64,000 nucleotides of DNA from a candidate division FCPU426 bacterium (GTDB taxonomy: Bacteria > Oederibacteriota > Muellerivitia > Muellerivitales > Muellerivitaceae). Below are positions 42,972-53,586 of the stretch, piece by piece (within the stretch, counting starts at the first letter, position 1; the number at the start of each line of letters is the position of its first letter). The stretch spans positions 96,001 to 160,000 of the forward strand of contig CAVYSE010000003.1 of the NCBI GenBank assembly GCA_963771075.1, given 5' to 3'. The notes under the pieces were generated by a model. It did no database searches and was not told the origin of the DNA. It saw only the letters and a program-made list of their open reading frames with translations. Both the position numbers and the translations under genes were made by a program.

Positions 42972-44009
42972 ATGTCACGATTTCTAAACCGTTTCACCCT
43001 TGCCGTAGGACTCATCGCCCTGATCTTACTTGGGGGCCCATGCCCAGCCAGCGCCTGCTCCGTTTGCGGTTGCGGCGATCCATTGGCTTCTTCAGGAACC
43101 GCCCATCCCCTCGCGGGGTCTTTCCGCTTGGACTTTGAGAGTATTTATCTCAATGCCAGCGCGGCCAGCGACAATCCTTTCGACACGACCCAGATGGAAT
43201 CGTTGGTCCAGGTCAACTTAAACACCACGTTAACCTTCAGTCCAACGGACGATTTGACATTGACCGCCATGCTGCCCCTGGTCCAAAAGTACTGGACCCT
43301 GGAAGCCGGGGACGCTCCCATCGTGGAAGGGGCAACTATCGCGGATACCGGGACGAACTTCGGCATGGGCGACCTCAACTTGGGGATGCGGTACTTCTTC
43401 TGGCAGGAGACTGATTTTAAGGCGATTGAACACCAAGCCCTGGCCCTCTCCATCGGGTCCTTTCTGCCGACGGGCGCCACGAATCGGGTCTCCCCACTCA
43501 CGGGGGGCCCCATCGATACCCACGCCCAATTGGGAACAGGCGCTTTTGGATTTTACGGGGGCTTGTTGTACAACCATATTTGGGATAATTTCACTTTGAG
43601 CGCCAACGCGAACGTGGTTTACCATACCCAAGCCCTGACGAACGATATCACTTCCCCGGTTTATGAATATACTTTCGGAACTTCCACCACGGGCGGCATT
43701 TCAGGACAATGGAAGGCAGGAGACTCTTTGGCCGTGGGTTTAGCCGTGGAAGGCCGTTATACAAACCCAGACACCGAACCCAATCCATACTTGAATGACA
43801 TGGACGGAAACGTTACTTCCGGGCAAGCGACTTGGAACACCCCTAACACCGGCGGTACGGTCATCGACCTGTCCCCGGCGGTTTATTGGAACGTCTCAGG
43901 TGACTCCACGCTCTACGGCAAGGTTCAAATTCCCGTCCTCACCTCCTTTAACGGAACCCAAACCTTGAGTCCTACCTATGTTTTCGGCACCCAGTTTCTT
44001 ATCCATTAA
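42972..44009 (+). CDS. outer-membrane beta-barrel transporter (MetA-pathway/COG4313-like) with CxxCxC N-terminus
   Basis: ASACSVCGCG, GMGDLNLG, LPTG, QLGTG. Confidence 0.75.
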   Translation: MSRFLNRFTLAVGLIALILLGGPCPASACSVCGCGDPLASSGTAHPLAGSFRLDFESIYLNASAASDNPFDTTQMESLVQVNLNTTLTFSPTDDLTLTAMLPLVQKYWTLEAGDAPIVEGATIADTGTNFGMGDLNLGMRYFFWQETDFKAIEHQALALSIGSFLPTGATNRVSPLTGGPIDTHAQLGTGAFGFYGGLLYNHIWDNFTLSANANVVYHTQALTNDITSPVYEYTFGTSTTGGISGQWKAGDSLAVGLAVEGRYTNPDTEPNPYLNDMDGNVTSGQATWNTPNTGGTVIDLSPAVYWNVSGDSTLYGKVQIPVLTSFNGTQTLSPTYVFGTQFLIH

Positions 44010-44037
44010 ATAAATCATAGGAAAAAACGGAAAACCG

Positions 44038-44070
44038 GCCGCTCGGGTCCTACCGAGCGGCTTTTCTTTT
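44038..44070 (+). terminator. intrinsic terminator
   Basis: GCCGCTCGG-N6-CCGAGCGGC followed by TTTTCTTTT. Confidence 0.8.
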
Positions 44071-44126
44071 AGTGTGAATCCCCTTAAAATTCCTCCCCCT
44101 ATCATCCACTTGACCAAAGGCGACCC

Positions 44127-45497
44127 TTGTTCGACCAACTGACGGAAAAGATCCAAAAAGTTTTCAAGGACCTCCGGGGCCAGGGAAAACTGACCGAAAC
44201 CAATATCGAGGATGCCCTGGAACAGGTCCGCCTGGCCCTGTTGGACGCCGACGTGCACCTGGAAACCGCCAAGCTCTTCCTGGAAAGGGTGAAGGCCAAG
44301 GCCTTGGGTCGGGATGTTTCCTTAAGCCTGAACCCGGGCCAGGTCTTCATCAAGATCGTTCACGAGGAATTGATCCAGCTCCTGACGCCCAAAGACCGCA
44401 ACGCCACCAAACTTCGCTTCGCTCCCGCCCCGCCTACCCTGATCCTTTTGGCGGGCCTCCAGGGAACGGGGAAAACCACCACCGCCGCGAAGATCGCCCT
44501 GTGGCTCAAAAAGGATGGACGCCGCCCCGGCCTGGTCGCCGCGGACCTGGTCCGCCCGGCGGCCATTGACCAACTGGAGGTATTGGCCTCCCAGATCGGG
44601 GTCCCTTTCTTCAAACCGGGCGCGGGAGAAGGGCCGTTGGAAGTTTGCCAAAGGGCGGTCAAGACCTGCCTGCAGAACGACTGCAACATCCTGCTGCTGG
44701 ACACCGCGGGCCGCCTTCAAATCGATGAGGCGATGATGGCGGAGATCACCACCCTGGCCCAAAAACTGAAACCTCAAAATATTCTTTTCACCGTCGACGC
44801 CATGACCGGCCAAAACGCGGTGGCGGTGGCCAAGGCCTTTCACGAAAGACTGCAACTGACGGGACTCGTATTAACGAAAGCCGACGGGGACGCCCGTGGC
44901 GGCGCCCTTTTTTCCATCACGTCGGCGACGGGCCTGCCCATCCAGTTCGTGGGTGTGAGCGAGAAAATGGAGGGCCTGGAGCCCTTTTACCCCGACCGGA
45001 TGGCCTCCCGCATCCTGGGCATGGGCGACCTGTTGTCCCTGGTGGAAAAGGCCGAAGCGGTCGCCCGGCAGTCGGCCGCCGAAAGACAGCGTCCCCCGAA
45101 ACCCTCGGACTTCAACCTGGACAGCCTCCTGGACCAGATCCGGCAGTTGAAAAAAATGGGTTCCATGGATGAACTGGTTTCCATGCTTCCCGGCAACCCG
45201 GCGCAAAAAAAACAGATGTTGTCCCAGGCCCCGGACGAGAAAAAGATCAAGCGCATGGAGGCTATTCTTTTATCCATGACGGCCAAGGAGAGGCTGTTTC
45301 CCCAGCTTTTGGACGGATCGCGCAAAAAGCGCATCGCGGCCGGCTCCGGGACACGCCCCGACGAGATCAACGCGCTGTTGAAACAATATGACATGATGAG
45401 AAAAGTCATGAAAAAGGGCCTAACGGGAAAGTTTCCACCCATGCCGGGAGCCGGGTTCAACCCCGGAGCCGGTTTTCCGCCGGGTTTCCCCCGGTAA
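44127..45497 (+). CDS. ffh: signal recognition particle protein
   Basis: GLQGTGKTT, DTAGR, DGDARGG, RILGMGD, M domain. Confidence 0.97.
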   Translation: MFDQLTEKIQKVFKDLRGQGKLTETNIEDALEQVRLALLDADVHLETAKLFLERVKAKALGRDVSLSLNPGQVFIKIVHEELIQLLTPKDRNATKLRFAPAPPTLILLAGLQGTGKTTTAAKIALWLKKDGRRPGLVAADLVRPAAIDQLEVLASQIGVPFFKPGAGEGPLEVCQRAVKTCLQNDCNILLLDTAGRLQIDEAMMAEITTLAQKLKPQNILFTVDAMTGQNAVAVAKAFHERLQLTGLVLTKADGDARGGALFSITSATGLPIQFVGVSEKMEGLEPFYPDRMASRILGMGDLLSLVEKAEAVARQSAAERQRPPKPSDFNLDSLLDQIRQLKKMGSMDELVSMLPGNPAQKKQMLSQAPDEKKIKRMEAILLSMTAKERLFPQLLDGSRKKRIAAGSGTRPDEINALLKQYDMMRKVMKKGLTGKFPPMPGAGFNPGAGFPPGFPR

Positions 45498-45732
45498 TCG
45501 GGTCTTTTCAAACGGCGGGCCGGGACAAGCCGGGGTTCCACGAAATCCTGGCTTCGCTTGCCCTGCCTTCGGCGGGGGCGGCTTTCAACGACCGGTTCCT
45601 TTCCCTGTCCCTTCCAAAGCATTTCCATCTTTCCCGCGGTTCGGGTTCGCATTGACGTTCAAGAAGAAGCGGGGCTAGAATGTGCCCCTCCTTTCCAACT
45701 CCCCACTTTTTTCAAGGTTAAACGGCCAAAAC

Positions 45733-47577
45733 ATGGGACTTTTCGGAAGCAAAGACGACAAGAAAAAAGAGTTATTGGAAACCGCTGAGAAGCTGGCTTC
45801 CCAGGGCGAAACCGCCAAGGCCATGAAGGAACTTCAAAAAGCCGTCGAGCTGGACCCCCAATTCAAGGAAGCCTATACCGCCATGGCCTTCCTTTATTCC
45901 GACCTGGGCCAGCCGGACAACGCCATCGAGCTTTTCCGAAAAGTCATCACGATTGACAACAATTCCCCCGAGGCTTGGAACAACTTGGGTCTGACCCTCG
46001 CCCGGTCCGAGCGGTACAACGAGTCCATCAAGACCTTCGAGGACGCCATTTCCCGCAATCCCAAAACCGCGACCTTCTTCAACAATCTGGGAAACGTCTA
46101 CTACGAACTGGGGCAGTACGCGCAGGCCATGCAGGTTTTCCAAACCGCCGTGGAACTCGATCCCTCCTATGCCGAGTCCTACCATCGACTGGGCATCGAC
46201 AAGGATACGGCCGGAAATATGGATGTGGCGCTCAAGCGGCTGGAGGAAGCGGCCAAGACCGGGAAAAACAAGGCGAAGGTCGCATTCGACATGGGCACCC
46301 TCTACGCCAAACAGGAGCTCGAGGACAAGTCGATCAAATCCTTCCAGGAAGCCTGCCGCCTGGACCCCCGCTACGAGCAGGCCTTCATGGCCCTCGGGTT
46401 CGCCTATGAGCGGAAAGGCGACCTGCAAAAGGCCCTGGAAACTTTCGGAACCGTGATCACCCTGAACCCGCAAAGCGCCAAGGTCCACAACACGATGGGC
46501 CTGATCTTCGACAAGCTCAAGTTATACAAGCAGGCCATCAACGAATACCGGGTCGCCATCAAGCTGGAACCCAGTTATTCCAACGCCCACTTCGTCCTGG
46601 GCCAGGTCTATGAAAACAAGGGGATCATCCAGAAGGCCGTGGCGGAATATGAAAAGTTCGTGCGCATCCATGAAACGGGCGCCATGGTGGAGGAGGCCAA
46701 ATCGAGGATCGCCCGGATCCGCAATACGTCGATGGAAGAGGTGGAGCAATCCCTGGCCCTGAAGAAGCAGGACTCGGCCGGCGGTCCCGCCCAGGCGGAA
46801 AGGGCCGCCTCATCCGTTGCGGCGGCCGAAACCGCGAAATCCCAGGCCGAGTCCACCTCCGCCCCAACCCCCGTTGAACCAGGCGGGGTCAAACTGACCG
46901 ACCCCAAGGAATACCTCAAGCAGGTGCTGGCGAAAGCCCGCGCGGCGAAAAACCCACCCCCCCCCGCGGCAGCTTCCGAGGCGGTGACCACCCCTTCCCC
47001 GGCTCCCCAGCCGAAAGCGGCACCTAAGCCCGCTGCGGTTCCGGCCGATCTTTCCCATCTGGGCGACCCTCCGCCGCCGCCATTCGTTTCTGCCCCCGCG
47101 GCCGCGGTTCCCCCGCCGGCCGTTCCGGAAGCTCCAACCGTGCCCGAACCTAAACCCGTTACGGCCGCTCCCTTGACCCCTGACGCGCCCTTGGTCTCAC
47201 ACCCGGAACCGCTCTCCACGCCCTTTGATTCCCCGACGCCGGTGGTCCACCCCGCCCCGCCTCAACCGGCCGCCCCCACCCCTTCCCCAGCGCCCCCGGC
47301 TGAGACCGAGTTCAGCTTTGACAACCTGCCCGCCTCGGCCTTGGACGGCTTTCAATTGGATGAACAGGACGTGTTGGACGCCATCGCCCGGGTCGATACC
47401 CAAAGCGTCGAGCAGGAAGCCCAGGTCTTGGAAACGGTGGAGGCCATCGGCCTTTCTTCGTCCGATGAAATGTTGGAGGATCCCCCCGAGGAACCCACGG
47501 CTCCTTCCCATCCCACAACGCCCTCATCCGCCCCGCCTCCCGGCGGCAAACCGGGTATTCGAAGGGGTTTTTATTGA
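45733..47577 (+). CDS. TPR protein with long Pro/Ala-rich C-terminal region
   Basis: About 9 TPR repeats followed by a low-complexity tail. Confidence 0.88.
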   Translation: MGLFGSKDDKKKELLETAEKLASQGETAKAMKELQKAVELDPQFKEAYTAMAFLYSDLGQPDNAIELFRKVITIDNNSPEAWNNLGLTLARSERYNESIKTFEDAISRNPKTATFFNNLGNVYYELGQYAQAMQVFQTAVELDPSYAESYHRLGIDKDTAGNMDVALKRLEEAAKTGKNKAKVAFDMGTLYAKQELEDKSIKSFQEACRLDPRYEQAFMALGFAYERKGDLQKALETFGTVITLNPQSAKVHNTMGLIFDKLKLYKQAINEYRVAIKLEPSYSNAHFVLGQVYENKGIIQKAVAEYEKFVRIHETGAMVEEAKSRIARIRNTSMEEVEQSLALKKQDSAGGPAQAERAASSVAAAETAKSQAESTSAPTPVEPGGVKLTDPKEYLKQVLAKARAAKNPPPPAAASEAVTTPSPAPQPKAAPKPAAVPADLSHLGDPPPPPFVSAPAAAVPPPAVPEAPTVPEPKPVTAAPLTPDAPLVSHPEPLSTPFDSPTPVVHPAPPQPAAPTPSPAPPAETEFSFDNLPASALDGFQLDEQDVLDAIARVDTQSVEQEAQVLETVEAIGLSSSDEMLEDPPEEPTAPSHPTTPSSAPPPGGKPGIRRGFY

Positions 47578-47657
47578 GGGGGGCCTTGTTTTCCCTTGCC
47601 AGATGAAATAACAATTCTAAAATTACTTTCATTCCATCCGCCTCAAGGAGACCACCC

Positions 47658-48113
47658 ATGCCCGATGTGACCTACCTGTCCAAATACGCGCCTTTTAAAA
47701 CCTTCGACGGGAACGACCTGGACGCCCTCGGGACCTTCGGGGTGGAAAAAGAGGTCAAGAAGGACGAGTTGGTCTTCGACGAGGATTCCAAGGGCGACAG
47801 CATGTATATCCTCAAGTCGGGGGCGGTGAAGATCCTGAAGAAGGTCAAAAACCAGGAAAACACCATCGCCGTCTTGAACCCCGGGGAATTTTTCGGGGAA
47901 ATGGCCCTGTTGGATGGACTTCCCCGGTCCGCCGCGGTTCGAGCCACGACCGATAGCGAGGTTTTCCAGGTGACCCTGGAGGGTTATCAAAAACTAAGGT
48001 TGGAAAAGCCCCATACCGCCTTGAAACTCATGGACATCATCATCAAGGTTCTCTCCAACCGCCTGCGCCAGGCCAACAAAAACCTGGAAGTCATCAGTTT
48101 CTGGATCGAGTAG
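47658..48113 (+). CDS. cyclic nucleotide-binding domain protein
   Basis: GDSMYILKSG, GEFFGEMALLDGLPRSA. Confidence 0.92.
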   Translation: MPDVTYLSKYAPFKTFDGNDLDALGTFGVEKEVKKDELVFDEDSKGDSMYILKSGAVKILKKVKNQENTIAVLNPGEFFGEMALLDGLPRSAAVRATTDSEVFQVTLEGYQKLRLEKPHTALKLMDIIIKVLSNRLRQANKNLEVISFWIE

Positions 48114-48309
48114 CACCAGCTTGCGGCTGACAGTTCGCAGTCGGCAGCCAGGCCGGTAGTGGTCGATTCCTTTTCTTTCCTGGGGACTGCCAACTCGATC
48201 GCCGACTGGTTTAAATAAAAAACCCCGGATGGGGTCCGGGGTTTCTAGAGGGGGGTTCCCCTCGGTGTCCGGCTGGGGGGCCGGAACACGGTGTTCTTTT
48301 ACAGTCGGC

Positions 48310-48600
48310 TCAATTGTTCTGAACCTTCTCCTGTTGTTTCTTGGCTTCCTGCTCCAATTGGCGTTGTCGTTTCTTTTCTTCCCGGTCCAAATCTTCCTGC
48401 AAGGCGGAAAGGACATTCGCGATACGGGCCTGAACATTGCGCAGGGCCCGGTCCCTTCCACCGCCCAGGTCGGGAACGGTGATCTCGCCAAAATTGTTGA
48501 TGTGCGCCCTGGCGAAGACCTTGCCCTTTTCTTCGAACAGAACCACCTCATATTCCTTCTCGTGGACCATCACCTTCAGTTTCTCGCCGGTTGAGTTCAT
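48310..48600 (-). CDS. small hypothetical protein with coiled-coil tail
   Basis: AAGGAG RBS; hairpin at 48221-48245 downstream. Confidence 0.65.
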   Translation of the reverse strand: MNSTGEKLKVMVHEKEYEVVLFEEKGKVFARAHINNFGEITVPDLGGGRDRALRNVQARIANVLSALQEDLDREEKKRQRQLEQEAKKQQEKVQNN

Positions 48601-48765
48601 GAAAAAAGCTCCTTGGGGTTTCTTTGGGAGCGACATAGTACCTTTCCAAAGGTTCTTTTGCAAGTTTCCGCATGGTGCCATCCCAAAAACTGCCTTGTTT
48701 TTGTTGCAACTTTTCCATCCCACGATAACAATAATCCCGTTCAATCCAATCTCGAGGTTCGAACC

Positions 48766-50300
48766 ATGCTCGCGAATATTCCAAGCGCCGCGCTCCTCGG
48801 CATCGACGCCTACCCGGTGGAATGCGAGGTGGACATCGCGCCCGGCCTCCCCACTTTCCAAACGGTCGGCCTCCCCGACGCGGCCGTCAAGGAATCCAAG
48901 GACCGGGTCAAGAGCGCCCTGACCAACAGCCAGTTTCCCTTTCCCGTCCAGAGGATCACCGTTAATTTGGCCCCCGCGGATACGAAAAAGGAGGGTCCTT
49001 CTTTCGATCTGCCCATGGCGGTGGGCATCCTGGTGGCGTCGGGCAAGCTTCCCGCCCAGGCGGTGGAAGGCTGTTGGATGGTAGGGGAACTGGCCCTGGA
49101 GGGCAGGGTAAGGCCCGTCCGGGGAAGCCTTCCCATTTCCCTGGCGGCCCGGGACGCCAAGGCCCGGGTCCTGATGGTTCCGCCCGAGAACGGCAAGGAA
49201 GCTGCGGTGGTGGAAGGAACCCAGGTGATCCCCGTGCGTTCACTTAGGGAAGCCTATGAGTTTCTCGCCGGATTCAAGAAAATAAACCCCATTCAGGTGG
49301 ACCTGAACGCGGAGTTTAAACAGCTCTCGTCTTACAAAGTGGATTTTTCGGACGTCAAGGGCCAGGAAAACGCGAAAAGGGCCCTGGAAGTGGCCGCCGC
49401 GGGGGGGCATAACATCCTGCTGGTAGGACCTCCGGGATCGGGCAAGACCATGCTTGCCAAGCGCCTGCCCACCATCCTTCCCCCGCTCACGCTGGAAGAG
49501 GCGATCCAGACGACCAAAATCCATTCCATAGCGGGCACCCTCAGCCGCCGAAAAGCGCTCCTGGCCACCCGGCCCTTCCGTTCGCCCCACCACACCATTT
49601 CCGATGCCGGCCTGATCGGGGGGGAACCATTCCCCGCCCAGGGGAAGTAAGCCTCTCCCATCACGGGGTGCTTTTTTTGGATGAATTCCCCGAGTTCAAC
49701 AAGAACGTGTTGGAGGTCCTGCGCCAGCCCTTGGAAGACGGGATGGTCACGATATCAAGGGTCCAGTCCAGCCTGACCTTCCCCGCCCAATTCATGCTGG
49801 CGGCCGCGATGAACCCCTGCCCCTGCGGCTACTTCACCGATCCCTCGCGGGAATGCGTCTGCACGCCCCGGCAGATCCAAAAATACTTGAGCCGCATCTC
49901 CGGGCCCTTATTGGACCGCATCGACCTGCACATCGAGGTACCCGCCCTCAAGTGGAAGGAAATCGCCGATACCACCCCCGCGGAACCTTCCGTCTCGGTG
50001 CGTGAAAGGGTCTGCCAAGCCAGGGTCATCCAAGAAAAAAGGTTCGAAGGAACCGGCATCCACAATAACGCCCAGATGACCCCCGCCCTCCTGCGGGAGC
50101 ACTGCCGCCTGGACGGGCCATCCCAAAACCTTCTTCAAAACGCCATGGAAAAATTCGGCCTCTCCGCCCGGGCCTACGACCGCATCCTGAAGGTCTCCCG
50201 CACCCTCGCCGATCTTGACGGAAACCCGAACTTAGAATCCCGCCACATAGCGGAAGCTATCCAATATCGTAATCTCGATCGAAGCGTGTGGCGAAATTAG
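48766..50300 (+). CDS. comM: YifB/ComM Mg-chelatase-like ATPase, frameshift in G-run at ~49620
   Basis: [38 protein letters not shown]; one extra G restores [10 protein letters not shown]. Confidence 0.93.
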
Positions 50301-50973
50301 GTCATTATCAAAAAAAATCCGTCGATCTTCTGAAAAACATCAGGTGTTCCTCATTCAAGTCCTGACCCTTAAAATTCACTACCGAAAATATTTTCGTGAG
50401 GCCTTCCGTTTTTTGTTTGTGAATATTTTTACTCGATGGTCAACAATTCATCACCGCCTTAAATATGAATATTTCTTATTGTCACGCTTGCACTTCGAGA
50501 CAAAAAGAAAAGTATTATTCGCGCTAACCATTCGGGGCTTTTCGATCGCGGTATAATGCGCCTGTTGCTACTACGAGGTGCGCCGCCATGAACTCATTCG
50601 CTTACTCAAGCCAAGTCCTTCCGCTGTCCCTCACTCCGCCCTAGTTTATTTTCCCATACCAAGCCAGCGTTCCCTCCCATTCCCCGCGGCGCTCCGTAAT
50701 CGGGCCCGGAGGGAGGAATCTCCTTTTGAACCCGTTTCACGCAAGGAAAAATCACGCCATGTTTTTAAAACTATCTTTCACATCCAGGACGGAACCTGCC
50801 GATCCACTTCCCGGGCCAAGGTCCCGTTACAAGCCGGGGAGGCGGTTAAGGCCACCCCCTGGCCGGTTTCCATCCGAAAGCGGGGCCCCATCGCTGGGGG
50901 GCGGCGCAAACGATGGGGCTGAAAATGTCAAAGTGTGCCGGGAAAGAGCCGACTCCAGGAAGGCGGAAACAGC

Positions 50974-51396
50974 ATGAAGACGGCAACGATGTTGAAACCG
51001 AAAAGCGGGTACGGACCCAAGGCGGGGCCGATCCGGAGCCTATTATTGACGAAAAGAAGTGGTTTCCGGGCTTATGCCGGGGCCTTTATGCGCCGGGCGC
51101 TGCGCCGTTGCGCTATCCAGGTCATCGCCGGCGAGGCCGCCGCCCTGGAGACCCTGCGGCTGGCCAAATTCCATTTCGTCATCATCGACATGGATCTGTT
51201 GGGAATGGGGGGCGGGGCCCACTTGGAGCAATGGGGCGACCGGGTGGACCGGATGGAGAAAACGGAATTTCTTTTCATAGGCCCGGCTGTTCCGGACCTG
51301 AAACTGCGGTTCACCAACTACAACAACGTCTGGTTCCTGGAATACGACCTGCCGAAGGATGTGGTCGCCAGTCTGGTCAAGTGCCTGCGGGAATGA
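50974..51396 (+). CDS. hypothetical protein, degenerate receiver-like
   Basis: ALETLRLAKFHFVIIDMDL. Confidence 0.5.
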   Translation: MKTATMLKPKSGYGPKAGPIRSLLLTKRSGFRAYAGAFMRRALRRCAIQVIAGEAAALETLRLAKFHFVIIDMDLLGMGGGAHLEQWGDRVDRMEKTEFLFIGPAVPDLKLRFTNYNNVWFLEYDLPKDVVASLVKCLRE

Positions 51397-51499
51397 GTGG
51401 ATTGGGAGCCACTCGGACCCTTCGCCGCCTGGTCCAGGGCGGTTTCGGGAGGAAGGGAACCCCGGACGTCAGCCACCCTTAACGAAAGGAAACAGAGCC

Positions 51500-52438
51500 A
51501 TGATGATCAAACGCAGTGATGCCGGAAAATTGGTGACCTTGCCGATCAAGCCGGATTGGGGTCCCGGGAAGATCGTGAAGATCGAGGCCGGATATGCCTA
51601 TATCCGCTTCCGGGATTGCGAGGACAGGATGGCGAAAAAATACTCGGTTACCGAGAATCCGCTGGCCTTGTCCCAGGTCCAGACGGACGCCGTCTTGGAT
51701 GACCTCATCCAGCAATCCGAGAAGAAGAAGCGCATGCGCAAGCCCGCCGAACCCATCCGTCGGGTCACGTTCCAGGAGGCCGTCGTGCTTTTCAAGGCGA
51801 AGTATCCCCAGGCCTTCGGAGACGCCCTTTATAAAGGAGGGGCCCAGGTAGGTGGGCAGTACGCCATCGAGGATTTGGCCCGAACCTTCCATTCCTCCTT
51901 CGGGGACGGCCAACTGCGCAAAATGGTTGACAACCATTCAGCGAGGGTCATCGCGGACCGGGCGGTGGCCCTCCTGGACCGCCAGGACCTGATCTACCGG
52001 GGTGAGCTGAAGAGCTTCAAGAATCTGCTCAAGGATGAGGCCCAAACCCTGGCCTATTTCAGGGCGCTGGCTTTCGCGCTGGAGGCCGGGGCCGTCACCG
52101 AGACTTCCATGCGGCCCTATTTCGAGGCCGTGAACGCCTGCCCAATACCGGGGTTCGCCAAATGGCCCAACGCGACCCTGTTCCTTTTCCTGGCCCGGCC
52201 CGAATGCCACATGCTCCTGAAGCCCCAGGTGACGAAAAGATTCGCCGCGATGCTGGGAAACGCGCTGATTTACGAGGCCCATCCCAACTGGATGACCTAC
52301 GTGAACCTGTTGGAGATGTCGGCGGGAACCTTGGGCATGCTGAAGCCCCTTGGCGCGAGGGATTACCTGGACCTGTTGACCTTCATGCAGGTCGTCCAGG
52401 AAACCGCTTCCCAAAAAGAAGCCGCGGGCTTGAACTGA
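51500..52438 (+). CDS. DUF3553-like domain protein
   Basis: KPDWGPGKI N-terminal motif; KWPNATLFLF..LKP..RDYLD C-terminal region; AAAGGA RBS. Confidence 0.65.
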   Translation: MMIKRSDAGKLVTLPIKPDWGPGKIVKIEAGYAYIRFRDCEDRMAKKYSVTENPLALSQVQTDAVLDDLIQQSEKKKRMRKPAEPIRRVTFQEAVVLFKAKYPQAFGDALYKGGAQVGGQYAIEDLARTFHSSFGDGQLRKMVDNHSARVIADRAVALLDRQDLIYRGELKSFKNLLKDEAQTLAYFRALAFALEAGAVTETSMRPYFEAVNACPIPGFAKWPNATLFLFLARPECHMLLKPQVTKRFAAMLGNALIYEAHPNWMTYVNLLEMSAGTLGMLKPLGARDYLDLLTFMQVVQETASQKEAAGLN

Positions 52439-52658
52439 CGGGCTCCTTGTCCAGGGCGACGCCTATTGCGAGCCAACCAGGCGAGAAGTGAGGTTTGGCT
52501 TCTCCGAATTTTAAAACGGCTGGGGCAAGCCGAGGACTGGATCGATGGGTGCCGGGGCGGGCTAATTAAGAGCCCCGGCACTTGGGTCCTGGTTTCTTGC
52601 CAGTTTAAAAGAAAAACGAACAACAAAATGCCTGTCCACCATGATCCATTATTCATTT

Positions 52659-52724
52659 TGTCCACGACAGGTCCCCGCCATGTTGCATGTGCTTGCGTTT
52701 AGCTACATGGCCCGTTGTGGATAA
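52659..52724 (-). repeat. GTCCAC/GTGGAC palindrome, long form
   Basis: Minus strand TTATCCACAACGGG CCATGTAGC..GCAACATGG CGGGGA CCTGTCGTGGACAA. Confidence 0.85.
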
Positions 52725-52748
52725 CCAATTCCAGGTTTAAGGCGCGAG

Positions 52749-53075
52749 CTATTTATTACGGCGGGCTAAAGCGGAAAACTGATAAAAATATTTTCGTAGG
52801 TCGGAAGTTACGGGTCCGGGTTCCATGATGCGGCAGGCTTCCCCCCTTAACCGCGCTATTTCCTTGAGGCGGTGCCTCCATCGTGGATCCGCAAGGGTCA
52901 GGTCCAAAAGCTCCAACATCCGGTCAAATGCTTTTTGCGCCTGTTCCGGATTGTTTTTATTTTTCCAGTTCAAGGCCCGTTCGTACTCACTACCCACGTT
53001 GCCCAACTGTTCCGGAAGGGTCAGGGTGAACCAACGGCCCGAGGATAAACCCGGATGCAAGGGTTCGGGGCTCAT
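52749..53075 (-). CDS. conserved helical hypothetical protein (typical DUF5674 partner)
   Basis: LSSGRWFTLTLPEQLGNVGSEYERA..ELLDLT..LKEIARLR. Confidence 0.8.
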   Translation of the reverse strand: MSPEPLHPGLSSGRWFTLTLPEQLGNVGSEYERALNWKNKNNPEQAQKAFDRMLELLDLTLADPRWRHRLKEIARLRGEACRIMEPGPVTSDLRKYFYQFSALARRNK

Positions 53076-53199
53076 AGCACTAGTTTCCTTACGATTGACT
53101 CGATTTCCCGTCTGATACCATATCCCCAAAACACATTTTGGCGATTTCCCTCAAGCGTTGGAGCGTTATGGGGGCGGTGATCAGTTCAATATTGTCCAT
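53072..53199 (-). pseudogene. DUF5674-like gene with internal deletion
   Basis: N-terminus MDNIELITAPITLQRLREIAKMCFGDMV fused out of frame to C-terminus IRREIESIVRKLVL*, whose stop overlaps the next ATG. Confidence 0.6.
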
Positions 53200-53255
53200 A
53201 AGTCCGGATTATAACATTCTTTCCCGAAAATCATGTTTAGACCCCCTATCCTTTC

Positions 53256-53322
53256 GTGATCCGAGATGGGTCCCCGCCATGCAGCATGCGCTTGCCCTTA
53301 GCTACATGGCCCGTCGCGGACC
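53256..53322 (-). repeat. GTCCAC/GTGGAC palindrome, long form
   Basis: Near-copy of 52659-52724. Confidence 0.85.
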
Positions 53323-53331
53323 ATTAACAGC

Positions 53332-53508
53332 CTAAGGTTTATAAACGAGCATCGCCTTGATATACATGGCGATGGCGCCCACAATCCAGCCCGCGAAAAA
53401 TATGGCGACGTCCCTGGTTTGTGCCGGATTACCCTTGAGCCAAAATCCGCCGAGAACGACGGCCATCACGATGACCACCGCGATCCCCCAACTGACGAAT
53501 GGATTCAT
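53332..53508 (-). CDS. 58-aa two-TM membrane protein (not in ORF track)
   Basis: MNPFVSWGIAVVIVMAVVLGGFWLKGNPAQTRDVAIFFAGWIVGAIAMYIKAMLVYKP*; GGAGG RBS. Confidence 0.75.
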   Translation of the reverse strand: MNPFVSWGIAVVIVMAVVLGGFWLKGNPAQTRDVAIFFAGWIVGAIAMYIKAMLVYKP

Positions 53509-53528
53509 AACGCAACCTCCGATTTGGC

Positions 53529-53558
53529 CGTCCTCAATGGTTACTCCCCGCGGACAAG
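53529..53558 (-). repeat. GTCCAC/GTGGAC palindrome, short degenerate form
   Basis: Plus strand ..CCCCGCGGACAAGGTTT, compare CCCATCGTGGACAAGGTTT at 57059. Confidence 0.55.
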
Positions 53559-53586
53559 GTTTTAGGCATTTTTTGAAACTTCAAAT

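Noticed and set aside
50344..50922. Short ORFs or riboswitch downstream of comM
   Set aside because: No protein motif or recognisable aptamer consensus.
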